Part shown: in pieces, positions 12,073 to 25,600 of the stretch
Layout: every line of letters starts with the position of its first letter
Position numbering within the stretch: position 1 is the stretch's first letter
Assembly: GCA_002633005.1 (NCBI GenBank)
Contig: NMRA01000118.1
Span: 28,140-92,139, forward strand
Direction of reading: 5' to 3'
Length of the DNA stretch: 64,000 nucleotides
Source of the DNA: Phoronis australis
Lineage: Eukaryota > Animalia > Phoronida
Notes under the pieces: model-generated
Databases searched by the model: none
What the model was told of the DNA's origin: nothing
What the model saw: the letters and a program-made list of their open reading frames with translations, nothing else
Made by a program: the position numbers and the translations under genes

Positions 12073-13599
12073 GTGAGTTGATTTAGAATTGTAATTAATA
12101 CAGGAGCTGGGAAAAAACACCTGTTACCTTGCTAAACACACAAAGCTTTCAGTAACAGTTCACCTCGTTCAAGTGTGCTTTTACCTGCAGGCGGCGTTGT
12201 CGCTGTAAGTAATGAAATGTGTAATATAACAGCAATTAATAGTTTTAAATCGAACGAACAGTCTATAACAGGGGTCATAGAACGTTTCCAGTATAGCACA
12301 GAACCAGTAAGAGAATTCTGGAATGTTATAGAAAAAGTAAATCTGTTTGGAAGATCAGAGTCTCTAATTTATAAAATCAAATATCAAATGCTAATGAAGT
12401 TCGTATTCAAAAAAGTAACAACTGATCATTATCGGCGAAACTCGTTTTCTGCATGGCTGTAAGATTTAAGAAATGTACTGCTTGTCCAAAATACGCTTCA
12501 TCCAATATTAAATGGCAAGATTATTTAACTCACCTAGTCCATAAAATGAATAACGTCCTGTACCAATTGTTGCTTTTGAAAATGATATTCATGCTAACGT
12601 TATTAACAGGTTTACCCCAAAAATGACGTCTCAATCATTGTCAAAACTTTTTTCCATAATTGGTTTGAAATTTTGATCTTGATGATGATGAAGTGATTCA
12701 TTTCTCTTACAATGTAAACACTTGCAAAGAACTTTTATATTCGACAATTGTATTTATACATTTCAAAATCGTTCTAAAAAGTAGATTCACCAAAACTTTG
12801 TATCTACAGGTATTACAATTTGGAAAGCGTTATAAGTGTTTTTTGGAAGGTACACGTCTATGCTGTGAACTCAGCATTCACAGTCTTTATAGCCACCAGT
12901 CTTTTCCATCATAATTCGTTGTTTAATACTGGCATATTAGTCCTTAAATGCGTTAAAGTTATGACGTATTGCATGTGGGTGGCATGCTTTCAACTACTAA
13001 ATGCGCAGACTGTAACTCAGGGCAGACGCGCTCAAGTAAACCGGGCTGCGTTCAGCATTTCAGGTACAGTGTCTTGCGAGTTCGTCGATACCACGCCCGT
13101 ATAGATTGGATATCGCCTTGCAATGCGAGTAAATCTCTTTCCAGTAGAATACAAAGCGCTCGGACACGCCGATCTTCCCCCACCCCAGGCACTCAGCCTC
13201 CTTTAACTTTACGGTCTGGTGAACTAGTCGAAAAACGAGGCTCTTTGGTTATATTTTTGTCATGATAAGCTACGATCTGATTTTTAAGCGTATTTAAGCA
13301 TTACTCTTTGTTTATCATTTCTATCATTTTCCGTAAATTGTTGAGACAAATACTTATTCAGTTGCTGCTCTATGACTCCAATTGTACAGTGTTCCTTTTT
13401 GGACAATATTTATGCGATACAAAACAGAAGCACAATTGTACTGTGGACCGAAACAAATTGTGACACTGTGAGCAGTGGACTTGATGATCACAACCCACGT
13501 TTATCATCTGCACTATGACTCAAGTTACGTTAGCTAAGCTTGTGTAGGACCTTATAGATTGGCCGGTATATTCAGCCAAACATCTACAAAACTATAGAG

Positions 13600-14025
13600 T
13601 TTCGGAAAATAAAAAACCTGCAGAGTACGACTTCCTATGTTGTACTAATCTGCTATTAATTGGGTCACGTGACCATGTCTTTTCAGTATAATCTAATAAA
13701 AAGAAAGGCATATCCATAGCTAAACAACGGTATCAATAACGTGTCCAATTTTTTCGATATTAATGTTGAAGATGAAATCTCAAAAACACTATTACAGTTT
13801 TCTAAATTCATTCATGTAACTTTTGATTTGTCCACGAGAGTCATAAAAGTCCTATTCATGCAACTTTTGGTTTGTCCATGAGAGTCATTAAAGTCCTATT
13901 CTTGACAGCCCTTCATGCAAAAGAGGAGACTTTGTTAAACCAATTCCTTACACTGGTTTGGAGAGCAATGAAGCAAAGCATGCTATCTGAAAGTTTCTCA
14001 TGAATCCCGTCAGCCATTTCTTAAA
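13600..14025 (+). repeat. Dispersed repeat, copy 2 (with an internal ~40-bp tandem duplication)
   Basis: Similar to 10150-10540; internal duplicate aacttttg.tttgtcca.gagagtcat.aaagtcctattc. Confidence 0.65.
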
Positions 14026-17000
14026 CATGATATTTAGTAGTTTGCCAAATTTAGCCATTTTTCGAGGTAATACATACCCTCAGGTTGCAAAAGCGTTTAA
14101 ATGCACCTTGACTCTAACCTTGGTTGACCAATAAAGAACCAGATGCCAGCCGAGGTATCTTCACTAGAATTTTAATGTTAATAACCCTGGATGCGAAGCA
14201 AGATTTCACCTAATTTTTAAACCTATTGCTCTATTCACACCAACAAGCATGGGTGTATGGTACACGTGGCGCGTGTGGTGTACTGGTTACACTACTGAAC
14301 TAACAATCTAAAGGATCCTAGTCCAATCCCTGCCTGCGCTATAAAAAGAGAAAAAATTGCTCATCGATGACTTCAATGAGTGTACCATACACACGTGCTC
14401 GTTCTTCTAAGAACGCTGTAACATCTGAAGATGGCAGGAGAAATGACCAACCGAAACGTCTTGCCAATGTAAATAGTGTAGAGGTTGTTGTAAAAAGACC
14501 TATGCATTTTAGAAATGATGTTACCACGTCACCACCTCGAAGTGGTTTTAGCATGGCAAGATGTAACCTACACGTATCCACACACACGGGGGCCTCACAC
14601 TATCGCACTCCTACTAGACGGTTCAAAAGCGATAGCCGAGCAGGTTCCATTATACACTATGGGACTACAGCTTTGAGGCTATAAGCCACTCTTGTCACTC
14701 TAACGGTTTCATAGTTTGAGGGAAGCAGAGATGTACTAAAGCATCATTAACTAATTGCAATTATCCCCCATGTTTGTCCAGTGTCTTGCTTCTTCATCAA
14801 CCACCAAGCCCGTTGCCAAACAATTTCCGAAAAGTTCAACAAAGTCATTTGAGTTAAACTGTCCAATAACTGAGCAAACACCTAAGTGAAACGCTAACTA
14901 AAACGTCTACCTCCATGCCGGCCAGGTCTTATGGTAAAAGGAAAACGAACCGAGCATATGAAGAAATCTCTGAATTAAAAATGCTATTCATAAAGTGACA
15001 CCCGAATTGGAAGCAACATAACTTCCCCTTACTCTCTTCTGCCTAACTGACGTCACAGGTATCATCTGCAGAAGGTTTTACCTTCTTGTTTAAATCTGTC
15101 CAATTTCACTGTATTCATTTGCATGTGATCGTATGATCATAATAAGCAGGCCCTCAAGGCCAATACGCAACAATCCAGCATAGCTCAGGCAACACTTGTG
15201 TGTCGCAAGGCGGAACCAACCACAGTTTTCGAAGGATAAATGTTTGTGTTACTAACCGGTGCAACGTTAAAGTGCTTTTAACGTCAGCTAGGTCCACTGA
15301 CGTACACCCCCGTGAGTAGCCAACAATTTCCGGCAAACGCCCTCCTTCAGTCGCGAATAATATTCGCCTCACACAGTCATTTTCAAACTCCCTGAGAACT
15401 GAGAAGTGTCGCCCAAAGCATACAATACAACTAGCTAGGACCACAGGGGCGGGAAAAATTTTCACGGGTTGATAATTTTACACGCTCAATTTAGATCCCG
15501 TCGGAAACGGCCTTTCAAGTCTTTTTACGGGATCAAAATCTAATACTACACCGGTGACTTTTTAGTGTTGTCTGGGGAAAGAAAACTAATGTAGATCACA
15601 CATGGCTGTATTTAAAAGGCGAAAAGACAAGTAAAACGACCCATCCCTAGGAAGCGTTAAGTCTACGGGTTTAACACCGGTGATTCTGGTACAAAACTTG
15701 ATAAAAGGTCCTCACTAATAGGGGCTTGTGTACACATTTTAGGGCACCTGAATTTTCCAGCTGCACCCCCGTCAAAATATAGGCGAATACCTCTGGGCGG
15801 AGGGTTTACAGCAAGGTAATTCGAGATAATACAAAGTACCATTGTGTGTTCAGGATCTTTAGAACTTATGCGATAGTGTTTGGGATTTCGAGATGGAGGA
15901 GCAATTTTCAGAAATTAAAACGAAATAAACTGCGACTCAGGCATTTTGAGAACGACGCACTAATCGATAATGCGACTGCACTAATTATATTCACGCTATG
16001 TTGATTTTAAGAAATCAAAATTCAATCGAGCAGTTCTATGAACATAATTTGATAGATTTCCGAAAAAATATGTGACGCATAAAGATACTCGAGTCTAGAG
16101 GATGCGTTATTGTAAACGCAGCGCTGAAGGAAATGTAGTCGCGCAAGATTGTCGATGTCATTGATCTAGGATCGTTGTGTTTGCTTACTATTGTAGATGG
16201 TAACGCACTGTTACATCCCAAGTAAATTAGCACATTGTCTATTACATGTCTCTTTTTTGCTATTTACTGTTTTTGTGTACAAGTGTGAAAACTTCGATTA
16301 CTCATTTACTTGGGACACACCAGGGGAGGCAATCTGTCTACCTCGGCGGCCCACACGTGTTCACTTCTCATTAATGCAAACATTTTTTACGAGCTGTGGT
16401 TCTTTTCTCACCTTCTGAAGTTCTTACGAACTCAGTAGAAAAGAAGCACATTAATTAGAAAGTTGGAAAATATCGCCGTTAGTGAAAACGCCTTTGTGGT
16501 AGGTGAGGGAGGAAGATTTTCAATCCTGCACGTTTTGTCTTGCTCACGTTAGTCAGAAGAAATCATACATCAAATTTGTTTTTAGTTGAAAGTCCCATAT
16601 TTTTATCCTTCGAAATCGCACGTGGTCTCCCTAAGTAAGTTCATAGACTATAGTACATTGTAAGTTTGACTGTATGGTTGTGTTCTGTGGCAAGTGAAAC
16701 TGGCGGCGTTGTTATACATGTATGAATTTATGAGAGTAAAATATTACTGATGTTTAGAAATACGCTCGTGTTCATTCAGGTGTATTTGAAAAGCTGCTGC
16801 GTTTGTTGTTTGCATAAGCGTAGCTGCTGACAGTCAGTTCAGTAGTAGGAGTCCCTATATTATTTAAATATTGTTAAAAACGCAGACTCCTAGGCCTTCT
16901 GCGCATTTGAGACACCTTTCCGAGACACCAGCGTGAAAGGTCGATACGTAACGTTAGAAGTCCACGCAGTATGATGGTCAAGCGCCTATATACTAATGCA

Positions 17001-18392
17001 AACACGATCCCTGTATTGTTTTATTTCGTCATCAAAGAATCCAGATATTTTTCCAAAGATGTGCGATAAGCTTAGTATCAACAAATAACCTGATCTCTGT
17101 TTTCGTATTTAGTTATTATTCATTTTCATTATCAACATTGAATGATTAAATGATGGCAACTTGCATTTGAGATTACAAAAAAGATTCAACTCAGTGGAAG
17201 TGGCCTCGGAGGCGGTAATTTGTTTTGTTATACCTAGATTTTAACCTTGGTTGGCTTGAAATGCCAACCAGGTTTCACTTAAAAAGCAGTTTGGCTACTA
17301 TGCGAGTAATCTGGGTACAGACTTAGTTGACATCTCATCTATAAACTTGATATATTTTAACAACCCTTTAAAGGACCGAATTTGAGAAACTAATGACATT
17401 TTGTCATATTTTGCATACATTTGTCCCATTCCAGAATTGCAAAATAATCCCGGAAGAGCGCCTACGGCAGCATTTTCGGTTTTTGTTTGCTTTATGCTGT
17501 CAGAAGCTCTTTCGGAAATACCCGGTGAGTAGACATGACAACGTACTTGCTTTTGAAATTTCAAAGCTCTCTACGTTGTTATTCAATAAATTCAACCATC
17601 TTCGGAGTAACGATCGTTTAGTGCCCGCGCTACAGTGCCCCACGGCCGACTGTGACATTTTCGATGATCGATCAACAAAATACACGCACTAAACGGGACT
17701 AATAAATTGTCTGTTGACTTGGCAAACAAATCTAACCAATGGTTGCAGAAACTCGGCGAAATCATTAAACGACGGAAACAAGTTAATTGGAACCTGACGA
17801 AAAGACAACTTTGAAAAGACAACGCACAGGACTAAATGTGAAGAGTGATTCTTGGCCAGCGTCGTCGTGAGGCAACTGTAAGAATACTTTGAGAAATCTC
17901 TTTCGTAATCGTCATTTTAGTGACTGACCGCTCTTTGTATTGGTGGGCTGTATTATGCTCACTCACTGACCCTTGTCATCACTGACATCGGCTGTCCAGC
18001 TTTAGTTTTGACAATTGGATGAAATAGTTGTGAGAAAGGGAACACAACTGGATTAGACTAGGTGCCGTTGATAACTGGGCTCTGGGGAGACGTCATGGAC
18101 CTTGGAGCCATAGACTTTCTAACCAATTGTGATAGACCAACTACTATTTACCAGAAAATAAGTTTGGGATTTCGGAATAATATGCTGGATCTGTGGCACA
18201 GGTGTGTAAAGAACCAGGCGCTCTGAGGCTTGTCTGCTACGCTTGCGGACTAATTCAAAACCAACGAAGGCAATAACCGGGCACAACTGATGGCATCGAC
18301 ACTGTGAACTCTAGTTTAGCATTTTATTGTGGTAAATTTTAGTAATCGTTTTTTTTTAAATAGTATAAGGCTCTACCTAACCGTAGCACATA

Positions 18393-18949
18393 ATGGAAGG
18401 AAGCTCCGATTTGGAAGTCATTTTAGAATGTGTAGAAACGGATTTTATCGAAATTGATGATTTTAAAAGGCTGTGCTCCGATCTAAACATGAGCGATAAT
18501 GCTCTCGAAGGGACCTTCAGGGAGCTCGACACTGACAGCGACGGTAGGATCAACTATGAAGACTTTGAAAACGGACTTCAGAAAGTGTTTGCACTCCTTT
18601 CTAGTAGTCATTCAACAACGCAGAGAATCTGGAGTAATCACGAGAAGTCGTGTGAAGCACACGTGAAAAGCAACGAGTCTGTAAAAAAGCGGAGAGTTCT
18701 ACCCGAGCCCGAGGACGACCCTAAGAATGAAGATCTTGTTCATAGCAATAACCTGTCTACGAAAAATGATGATACGTGGGTGAATGAAATTGAGCAGGAT
18801 ATTTCGGTCGCTATGCCTACAAGTCCGCAAGATAACAGTGGCGTTTCCAACGGAGGAATCCACGTTTATGACAGTGATGAGTTGTGCACACCTTTGGGGA
18901 TGTTTCGACAGAGCATAGCAGAAGAGTGGACATGCTTAAGTCCCGCAAG
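18393..18949 (+). CDS. RASEF: RASEF alternative first coding exon 1B (divergent EF-hand pair plus long acidic linker)
   Basis: 185-codon ORF with FRELDTDSDGRINYEDF; in-frame TAG just upstream (18384-18386); donor AG|gtgacc in phase 2 compatible with 26507. Confidence 0.75.
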
Positions 18950-20639
18950 GTGACCTTTCTTACTTTGCTTCTTTTTATTTTTAAATGATATTGTGCTCGC
19001 ACATGTTTGAAGCTTACAAATTGATTTTGGATACACATGGCTTGCTTTTGCACGGATGAGTCTTGAGCTGTTTTTATTTAGGATTTCAGTGTAGCAAGAA
19101 TTAAGTAATTCATGACGCGAAATGATGCAAATGGACGCTGAGATTTTGGCTATTGTATTACGTCCAGGGTGGCGCTCATGCGAGGTACTCTTGGTAATTT
19201 TAAAACGATGAGAATTTTTTTCGCATTAGTTGTTGATTTTAGCTTTCCGAAAGCGCAAGTCTTAGGACACAGTTCAGTTTAAATCTGACAAATTAAACAA
19301 AAACTGATCACAAATATGTGCGCCAAAATTTGAGAAGATTGCGACTGCCACTGCAAAACGATTGATTTTTGAGATGCACAAAATACATTTGAATATACCA
19401 AAATATTTTTTAAGCATTCTCGTTTTGAGTGAATCAAGAGTTTGTGTGTGTTTCACTGTCTACTCACTTTTACCGACTTTCATGTTGTCGCAGCAAAACA
19501 CGCTTTAGCATTTTATCGGTCCAGACTATCAAATAATCCTGAAGACTTCACTGAAAATCAACAAATCATTCAAAATATACTCGGAAAATTTTTGCGTCTA
19601 GTGAATTTGATGGTCTAGGGTTGTAGTTATATCAAATAAAAATAATGTTTTATGGATCTAAAACTTTCAAGTTAAGTCAAAGTGCTTTGCTGCGTGAAAC
19701 TACCTGACTATGCTGTAAAAATGCTATAGAGTAAATCTGTCAGCGAATTTGATATTCATCTGTCAACACGTACCGAAACTGCGCGTTGTAAATTGTCACT
19801 TGTGCGTATTAATTGAGATTCCAATCCACAGAAATTAATGCCATTAAACAATTACCGGCATTTCCCTTGTTTACACTTGACGTTCTGTGACATTTTCACG
19901 CGTTTAACCACTACTTGACATTCTGCTAACTCTCGGCGGATAAGACTGGTGATCGAATGTTTGCAAACTGCTGCTTACACACACAAATGCATGAGCAAGT
20001 TTAGCTCCACAACAAATCACGTGAAAATAGTCAAAACGTCGTGACAATTTTCACCGACATTCAAATATAATGTAATACAGTAAATGCAACTTCGTTATGT
20101 CATGAATTTCTATAATTTCTCACTACATTTAGGAGAAGTAATTCATTGCTAGTTTCCAAAGGCAGCACCACTGTTGTTTCCAAAAGCGGAATCACTGGGT
20201 GGGAGAGGGGACGGGACCTAATCATTCACGACCAGATGTTTTTGTGTTTGTTCACTTACATAACGCAGAATTGTTACCGTCACTTTGTTCATTAAGTAAT
20301 ATGCAAAATGAAAACTGAAAATATAAATACAATCTTTAAAATTACTGCAAACATATTGTAATTTAACATTAGGTGTGAATATACCTAATACACTGTTCAA
20401 TATCTGAGTCGTTGTTATTGAAATAGAACGTAAATAATAATAAAATTGCCGTTTTAAGTGAGAGTGTGAAAAGATGGTGGGCCCCATTATCGTCTTAAAG
20501 AATAATAAAAACATAAAAATAGAAGCAAACAGAAGGGACAAATTAAAAAAAGGTAAAATGATAACAAACTAGAAAGACGAATACTTAGGTGAGTGTATAA
20601 GCTGTTATGCAACAACATATCACTTTACAAGAGATGAAA

Positions 20640-20776
20640 AAGATTTTTTTACAACATCTCTGTCTTGACTGGGGTGCGAACCCAGGTGGGTCCTGATAGC
20701 GCAGTTGATTAGAGCGTCTGCATGGTTAACAGGATGTCTTGGGTTCGAGCCCCCGACGGATCTGAATTTTTTTCAG
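20640..20776. mobile_element. tRNA-derived SINE-like repeat with a divergent partial second copy
   Basis: + strand A box tagcgcagttg and B box gggttcgagccc, then a T run; - strand cctgggttcgcacccc immediately upstream. Confidence 0.6.
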
Positions 20777-21567
20777 ACTTAACTACATATAAGTCACGTA
20801 ATGTGGCCAAGATATGGCGAGTAAGAAAACTAAGAATGAAAGCAGTGTGGACTGGTGACTCATATCGCCACCTGGCTGTACCGATAGTGGGTCAGAACTC
20901 TGTTAGAGCTGACAAGGGTCAGATTTGACGGTAAATTCATTGTACCAACTTGTAATTTTATATGTAATAATGTACACAATAACGTCACTTGGAAATTGAC
21001 GACAGTTGTATTGAACGAGCTTGGTTTCATACGCATGACATCTGTACAACTCAATAAAACAAGTCGTCATGAAATAGCATTTTGTTGCTCTGTTCGTACG
21101 TCGTGCTAAAATTATATTTCTTTGAATGGATATTTTGTCACATATCGACCAGCAGACACCGCTTCTGTAAAGCTAGTTTTGATAGATCAAGTTCCTATAA
21201 TAGAAATTCAAAGTCACCATTGCATTCTTAATTGAATTTCCGGACTACCTGATCTGTGCAAACCTTCAAACAAAACCCTGTTATGCTTTTAACGTCATCA
21301 GCACACTCCTGAATACATGTATATACTCACTTCTCACGTTTATTAGATGAAACCAAACATAAATTGTCGCACTACAATGGCCATGTAATTTAATTTTCCA
21401 TAATCACAAAGAGGCAATAAATGTATTTCTGATAAATTCTAACTTCTGTTCAACTAATTTAATAACTGCCCATCTACATAAATCATAAATGAAACACAAA
21501 CCACCTGAACGGGGTCACTTACCTTTCCAGTAGCAAGCAATTACAACTATGCATTTTGTTGACCACT

Positions 21568-21660
21568 AACTGTCCATACATCGTCAATGGGCAACTTGGA
21601 AAAAGCGTTGGTCAACTGTCCATACATCGCCAATGGGCAACGTGGCAAAAGCGTTGGTCA
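21568..21660. repeat. 46-bp tandem duplication
   Basis: actgtccatacatcg.caatgggcaac.tgg.aaaagcgttggtca x2. Confidence 0.9.
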
Positions 21661-23751
21661 CGCTTGTTGGCTATATAAAAAGTTTGCGAAATTGTTTCAA
21701 ACGTTTGAGAATTGACGGGGGGTAACAGAGCGATTGCTTTGTTTCGAAAAATCAAGTAACCTAGTTCAAGTTAATCAATATCTGTTTAAAACATTCTAAA
21801 ACAACACTACTGCTCTTTTATAATTGTACGTACTGTAGCTATTGATGTTGCATCGCTGTATCAGCAAAGCTGGTGCGGCTCTTGTTGAATGTTCAAGTTA
21901 TTGCAACAGTTGCATGCATTTATCTTCACGTAACGGAAACAAGCCCTCATATGACTACAGTAACTCGTGTCGAGAGAACGTTTTGTATTCGGTTAACACT
22001 TATTCCTGAATGTCAAATCAATGACTCGCTGGGCATTGCTAAATCCTTTCACCACATGTTGACGCGCTATATGTAACTATAGGTGTCAATCAGCTTGTTC
22101 AGGTGTTGCGTATTGAATTTTGTTGACGGTTCGCTTGCGTCTTTGCTTTGTTTTAGCAAGTTCTGCCACTGGTACAGAATAGCTTTTAATCCTTAGAAGT
22201 TCACGTCTAAGTTTTACAGTTCCAAAGTGATGTTTCTTTCTGCCCCATAATCATTTCATTCGCTCTGACTTAGTTATAGGCACCTTCAATAAGTAGAATT
22301 TATGTTGAACTGAAATATAAAAATAATTTCACGTGAACAAGACAGATGGAACTTTGTTTTAATTTTCAGCAAAATAGTTTTTAAACACTGCTGTCAAAGC
22401 TTGCTGCAGATTACACTGATTTTCTTCACAACGATATTATGAAATCCATATTTTATCCCTTAACTGATCAAAACAACCACCTTTATCTAATGAAAAAACA
22501 TTTATGATGTCATAAGTAATGTTTAAGTGGTACGTACGTCGCTAGCTCGTTGCCAGAGATGAAAAGGAAACCGAGGAAGGTGATAGTAGGTCATTTAATA
22601 TGACTAATAAAATTACAAGGAATAGATAGAGAATGCAAAATAAATAAGTAAAAAATAATGATCTCTGATAAGTTGGGCAATAAATAGCGCCGGCCACATG
22701 GAGGTACGAGAAAATGCCGAAATGAGTGATGGTAGAGGGTGAGTAAAATGGATAAGTTTTAGAACGTACGTCGATGTAGCGGTAACGAAGAAGTTGAACC
22801 GAAAACCAGATTGGATAGGAACACATGACAATCATCAGCCTATGAGAGCCAAGAACAGATCAAACTCGGGGCACGTGATAACAATAGTCCAATGAGAAGG
22901 CTGGGACAGCGACGTGTAGTCCTGCACGAGGACTAGCCCGAAATGGCGTAAAAAGGGGAAAGGAGTAAAACGGGTCCATATGCTCACAGAAATGTATTTA
23001 ATGAGTGAATTACTATTAATATGACTTAATCCACACGTAACAAAATGAATTTTTGAAATATTTTTTGACAATAGCTGACAAGCCGGTCATAAATCTTACA
23101 TCTTTGTGTAACTTATCTAATTGTCAAATGCAGAAACACTCGATTCCAAAGTTAACAAAAACGTCTAGAACGGTGGACCTTTGATATTTCGCAAAGGTCG
23201 ACACTGTAGTTTTCAGTAAGGCCGTTGACGCAGATTAATTCTGCACAACACTGACTCTCAGCTCTTTGTTCTTGAGATGAGACTGAAATGAGGATGCCGT
23301 GACGGTTGCTCGTAAAGAATGGGACACAAATTCGGATATGTAATGTGGTCCAGAAATATAATGTTCTCAAGTTACCTTCCGCCAAACTTTCAAATCAGGC
23401 GTGCTTAAATGATTGATTACATCTCATTACATACTGGGACGGAATTTTTTAGTCTGAGAATGACTTGGCCAAATTTTTTTTTATCTGGTTGTAATTTTGC
23501 GTGTTACTTAAATCGCTGGGAAAAGCTTCCTCTTCTGAAGGTTCACTGTTCCGAAAATATCTAAAATTTCGAACTCAGGTTTAATTTTTATACTTTTTCA
23601 TGCAAACGTAAACAATAATTCTGTTATTAGATACACTGAGTGGTGTACTTATGCCGAAAACAACGTCCGGGTACTATTGATTTCATGCGCATACAAAATT
23701 GCCCGCATGTCTTATGAATACGGAAAAATGAGTACGTTCTTGCATCTTTAA

Positions 23752-24322
23752 AAGTATACCAAAAACGGTTTAGGCCTATTGACAGATACTAAAAATGACT
23801 GTTCCATTCAGTTCTCTGAAACAAAATTATGCTCTGTAACCCTTGATAACCCTCAAAAATTTGCTGTAAATTTTGAAAACTCCTTTCCAAGTTCGCTCAA
23901 CGTGCAAGCATGACCTACACTTTTTTGCGAATTACACGGCTACTGTGACATGTATGGATTTTTAACTGATTCCTTCCTTAAAAAGTATACAAACGATTTG
24001 AAGATTTCATCCAATCCTCGTCCTCTCACCTTCTGATACGTCATTGGCGTCAATCTTGAAAGATAAAAGCAGGAATCAACTAAGAATTCATACCCACTAT
24101 CTCACGAATTGGACATTGTGGTCCCTGGTGGGTGTCCTTTTCCCACAGATGCCGTGTAACTCGCTAAAAGGGTAGATAACGCTTGCTCCTTTCTCAGACT
24201 TTGAAAGGAGTTTTCAAATTTTCTTCAAAACTTTTTAGAATTGTCGAGCCGTTAAGGAGCATTATTTTGTTTCAGAGAACTGGAGAGGAAAGTCGTTTTT
24301 AGTACATTGTATCTGTATACTT
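23752..24322. mobile_element. Non-autonomous TIR element with TTAA target duplication (Kolobok-like)
   Basis: ttaa|aagtatac...gtatactt|ttaa; ~140-bp imperfect TIRs (cagttctctgaaacaaaat / attttgtttcagagaactg; gaaaactcctttc / gaaaggagttttc). Confidence 0.7.
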
Positions 24323-24885
24323 TTAAATTTCAAGATTGACGCCAGTTATGCATTAGAAGGTGACAGAACGGTTGGTGGAAATCATCAAACAGGGTTTAGT
24401 ATCCTTTTAAAAGAATGTGAAGTAGGAATATTGATGAATTATCAGCCACGTTACATTCATCAATTCCATGTCAAGGTCGCATCATTTCACAGCGCGACTG
24501 AGCTAGTTTAGGGCCACTTCGTCTCAACGTCACCCTATGAAACCGTACGCACGGCCGGTCGAAACTCAATGAAGTTAGAAGACTACCCTACCATTTCCAG
24601 TATTCACAAAGTCAAAGAATCCCATTCAGTCTTCTTAAATTTAAAACCGCCGTTGGTCTCTGCAGCTCTGACCCGTGCCCCAGATGTTGTCCCTGCTTGA
24701 GAATGAGTCGTTAGTTAGATCCAAGAATCAAGATTGGCAGTGTTTGGAACCCAGCTCATTTGTAAACAATGTAACTAATGTTTTAAGACTTTTCAGCTCT
24801 TGCACATCCTTTAAATTGTTACTACATGATAGACACAAATACAATACAATACTTAATTCATGTCAGCTCCGACTCATTAGCAGAC

Positions 24886-25037
24886 AATCGGAGTTATGAA
24901 CTCTCCGAGTTCTGGTTTCGGAATTGTGGACATTCGAAGTAGTGAACTTTCGAAGGTAGCGCATCTCCGGAGTAGCGAACTTTAGGAATAGTGGACTTTC
25001 GGAGTAGTGAACTTTCGGAACATTGAACCTTCGGAAT
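24886..25037. repeat. Tandem ~15-bp repeats (ttcggagtagtgaact); related units at ~56721-56772
   Basis: Repeated ttcgga/ttcgaa + tagtgaact units. Confidence 0.65.
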
Positions 25038-25600
25038 ATTGACATGTAACTTTGGAAATCTTTTCCATCAAATTTGTCGTTCGTATGAAGTCTGCGAGGC
25101 TGTGTACCATTGACAGTAATTGACAAGAGAATAATTACTTTCGTCATTGACCAAACTTTTTATTAGGGCTAGACCTACTAATACTGTGAACATGCTCGTC
25201 GGGGTTTTCTAAGTGCAATAACACACGGTAGTTAAACATCTAGTTTTTGTTTGAACAACGATGAAGGACTGTCTGTAGTGAAATTACCATAGGCTCGTAC
25301 TGAATTTAAGAACGGAAACGCACACACGTCTACGCGCGCATGCATGTCAATCCACCAATCCACAATCAAAGTGGCCACTGAATGAACAATAATCATTTGA
25401 AATTTAAAAATCATGCACCTTACCATACTATGCTAGCAAGTATACCAAAATAGCAGATAACAAACATATTTTCTGCTGGTCTGTTTCTCGGTCGATTTTA
25501 AAGCATTCACACCACACTACTTTTTGGGAGCTCTTTCGTTGCTTTATAGCTTAGCTAGGTATAGACATTTACTTCTAGACTCCCTTTTTACCCTATGGTG

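Noticed and set aside
14367-14684. 105-aa ORF in RASEF intron 1 as a further alternative first exon
   Set aside because: No recognisable domain and no convincing phase-2 donor
12073-18392. Exons 1A and 1B spliced together into a four-EF-hand protein
   Set aside because: In-frame TAG at 18384-18386 and no phase-2 acceptor between it and the 1B ATG
20688-20762. Functional tRNA gene
   Set aside because: D loop lacks the GG, and the acceptor and anticodon stems pair poorly; treated as a tRNA-derived repeat
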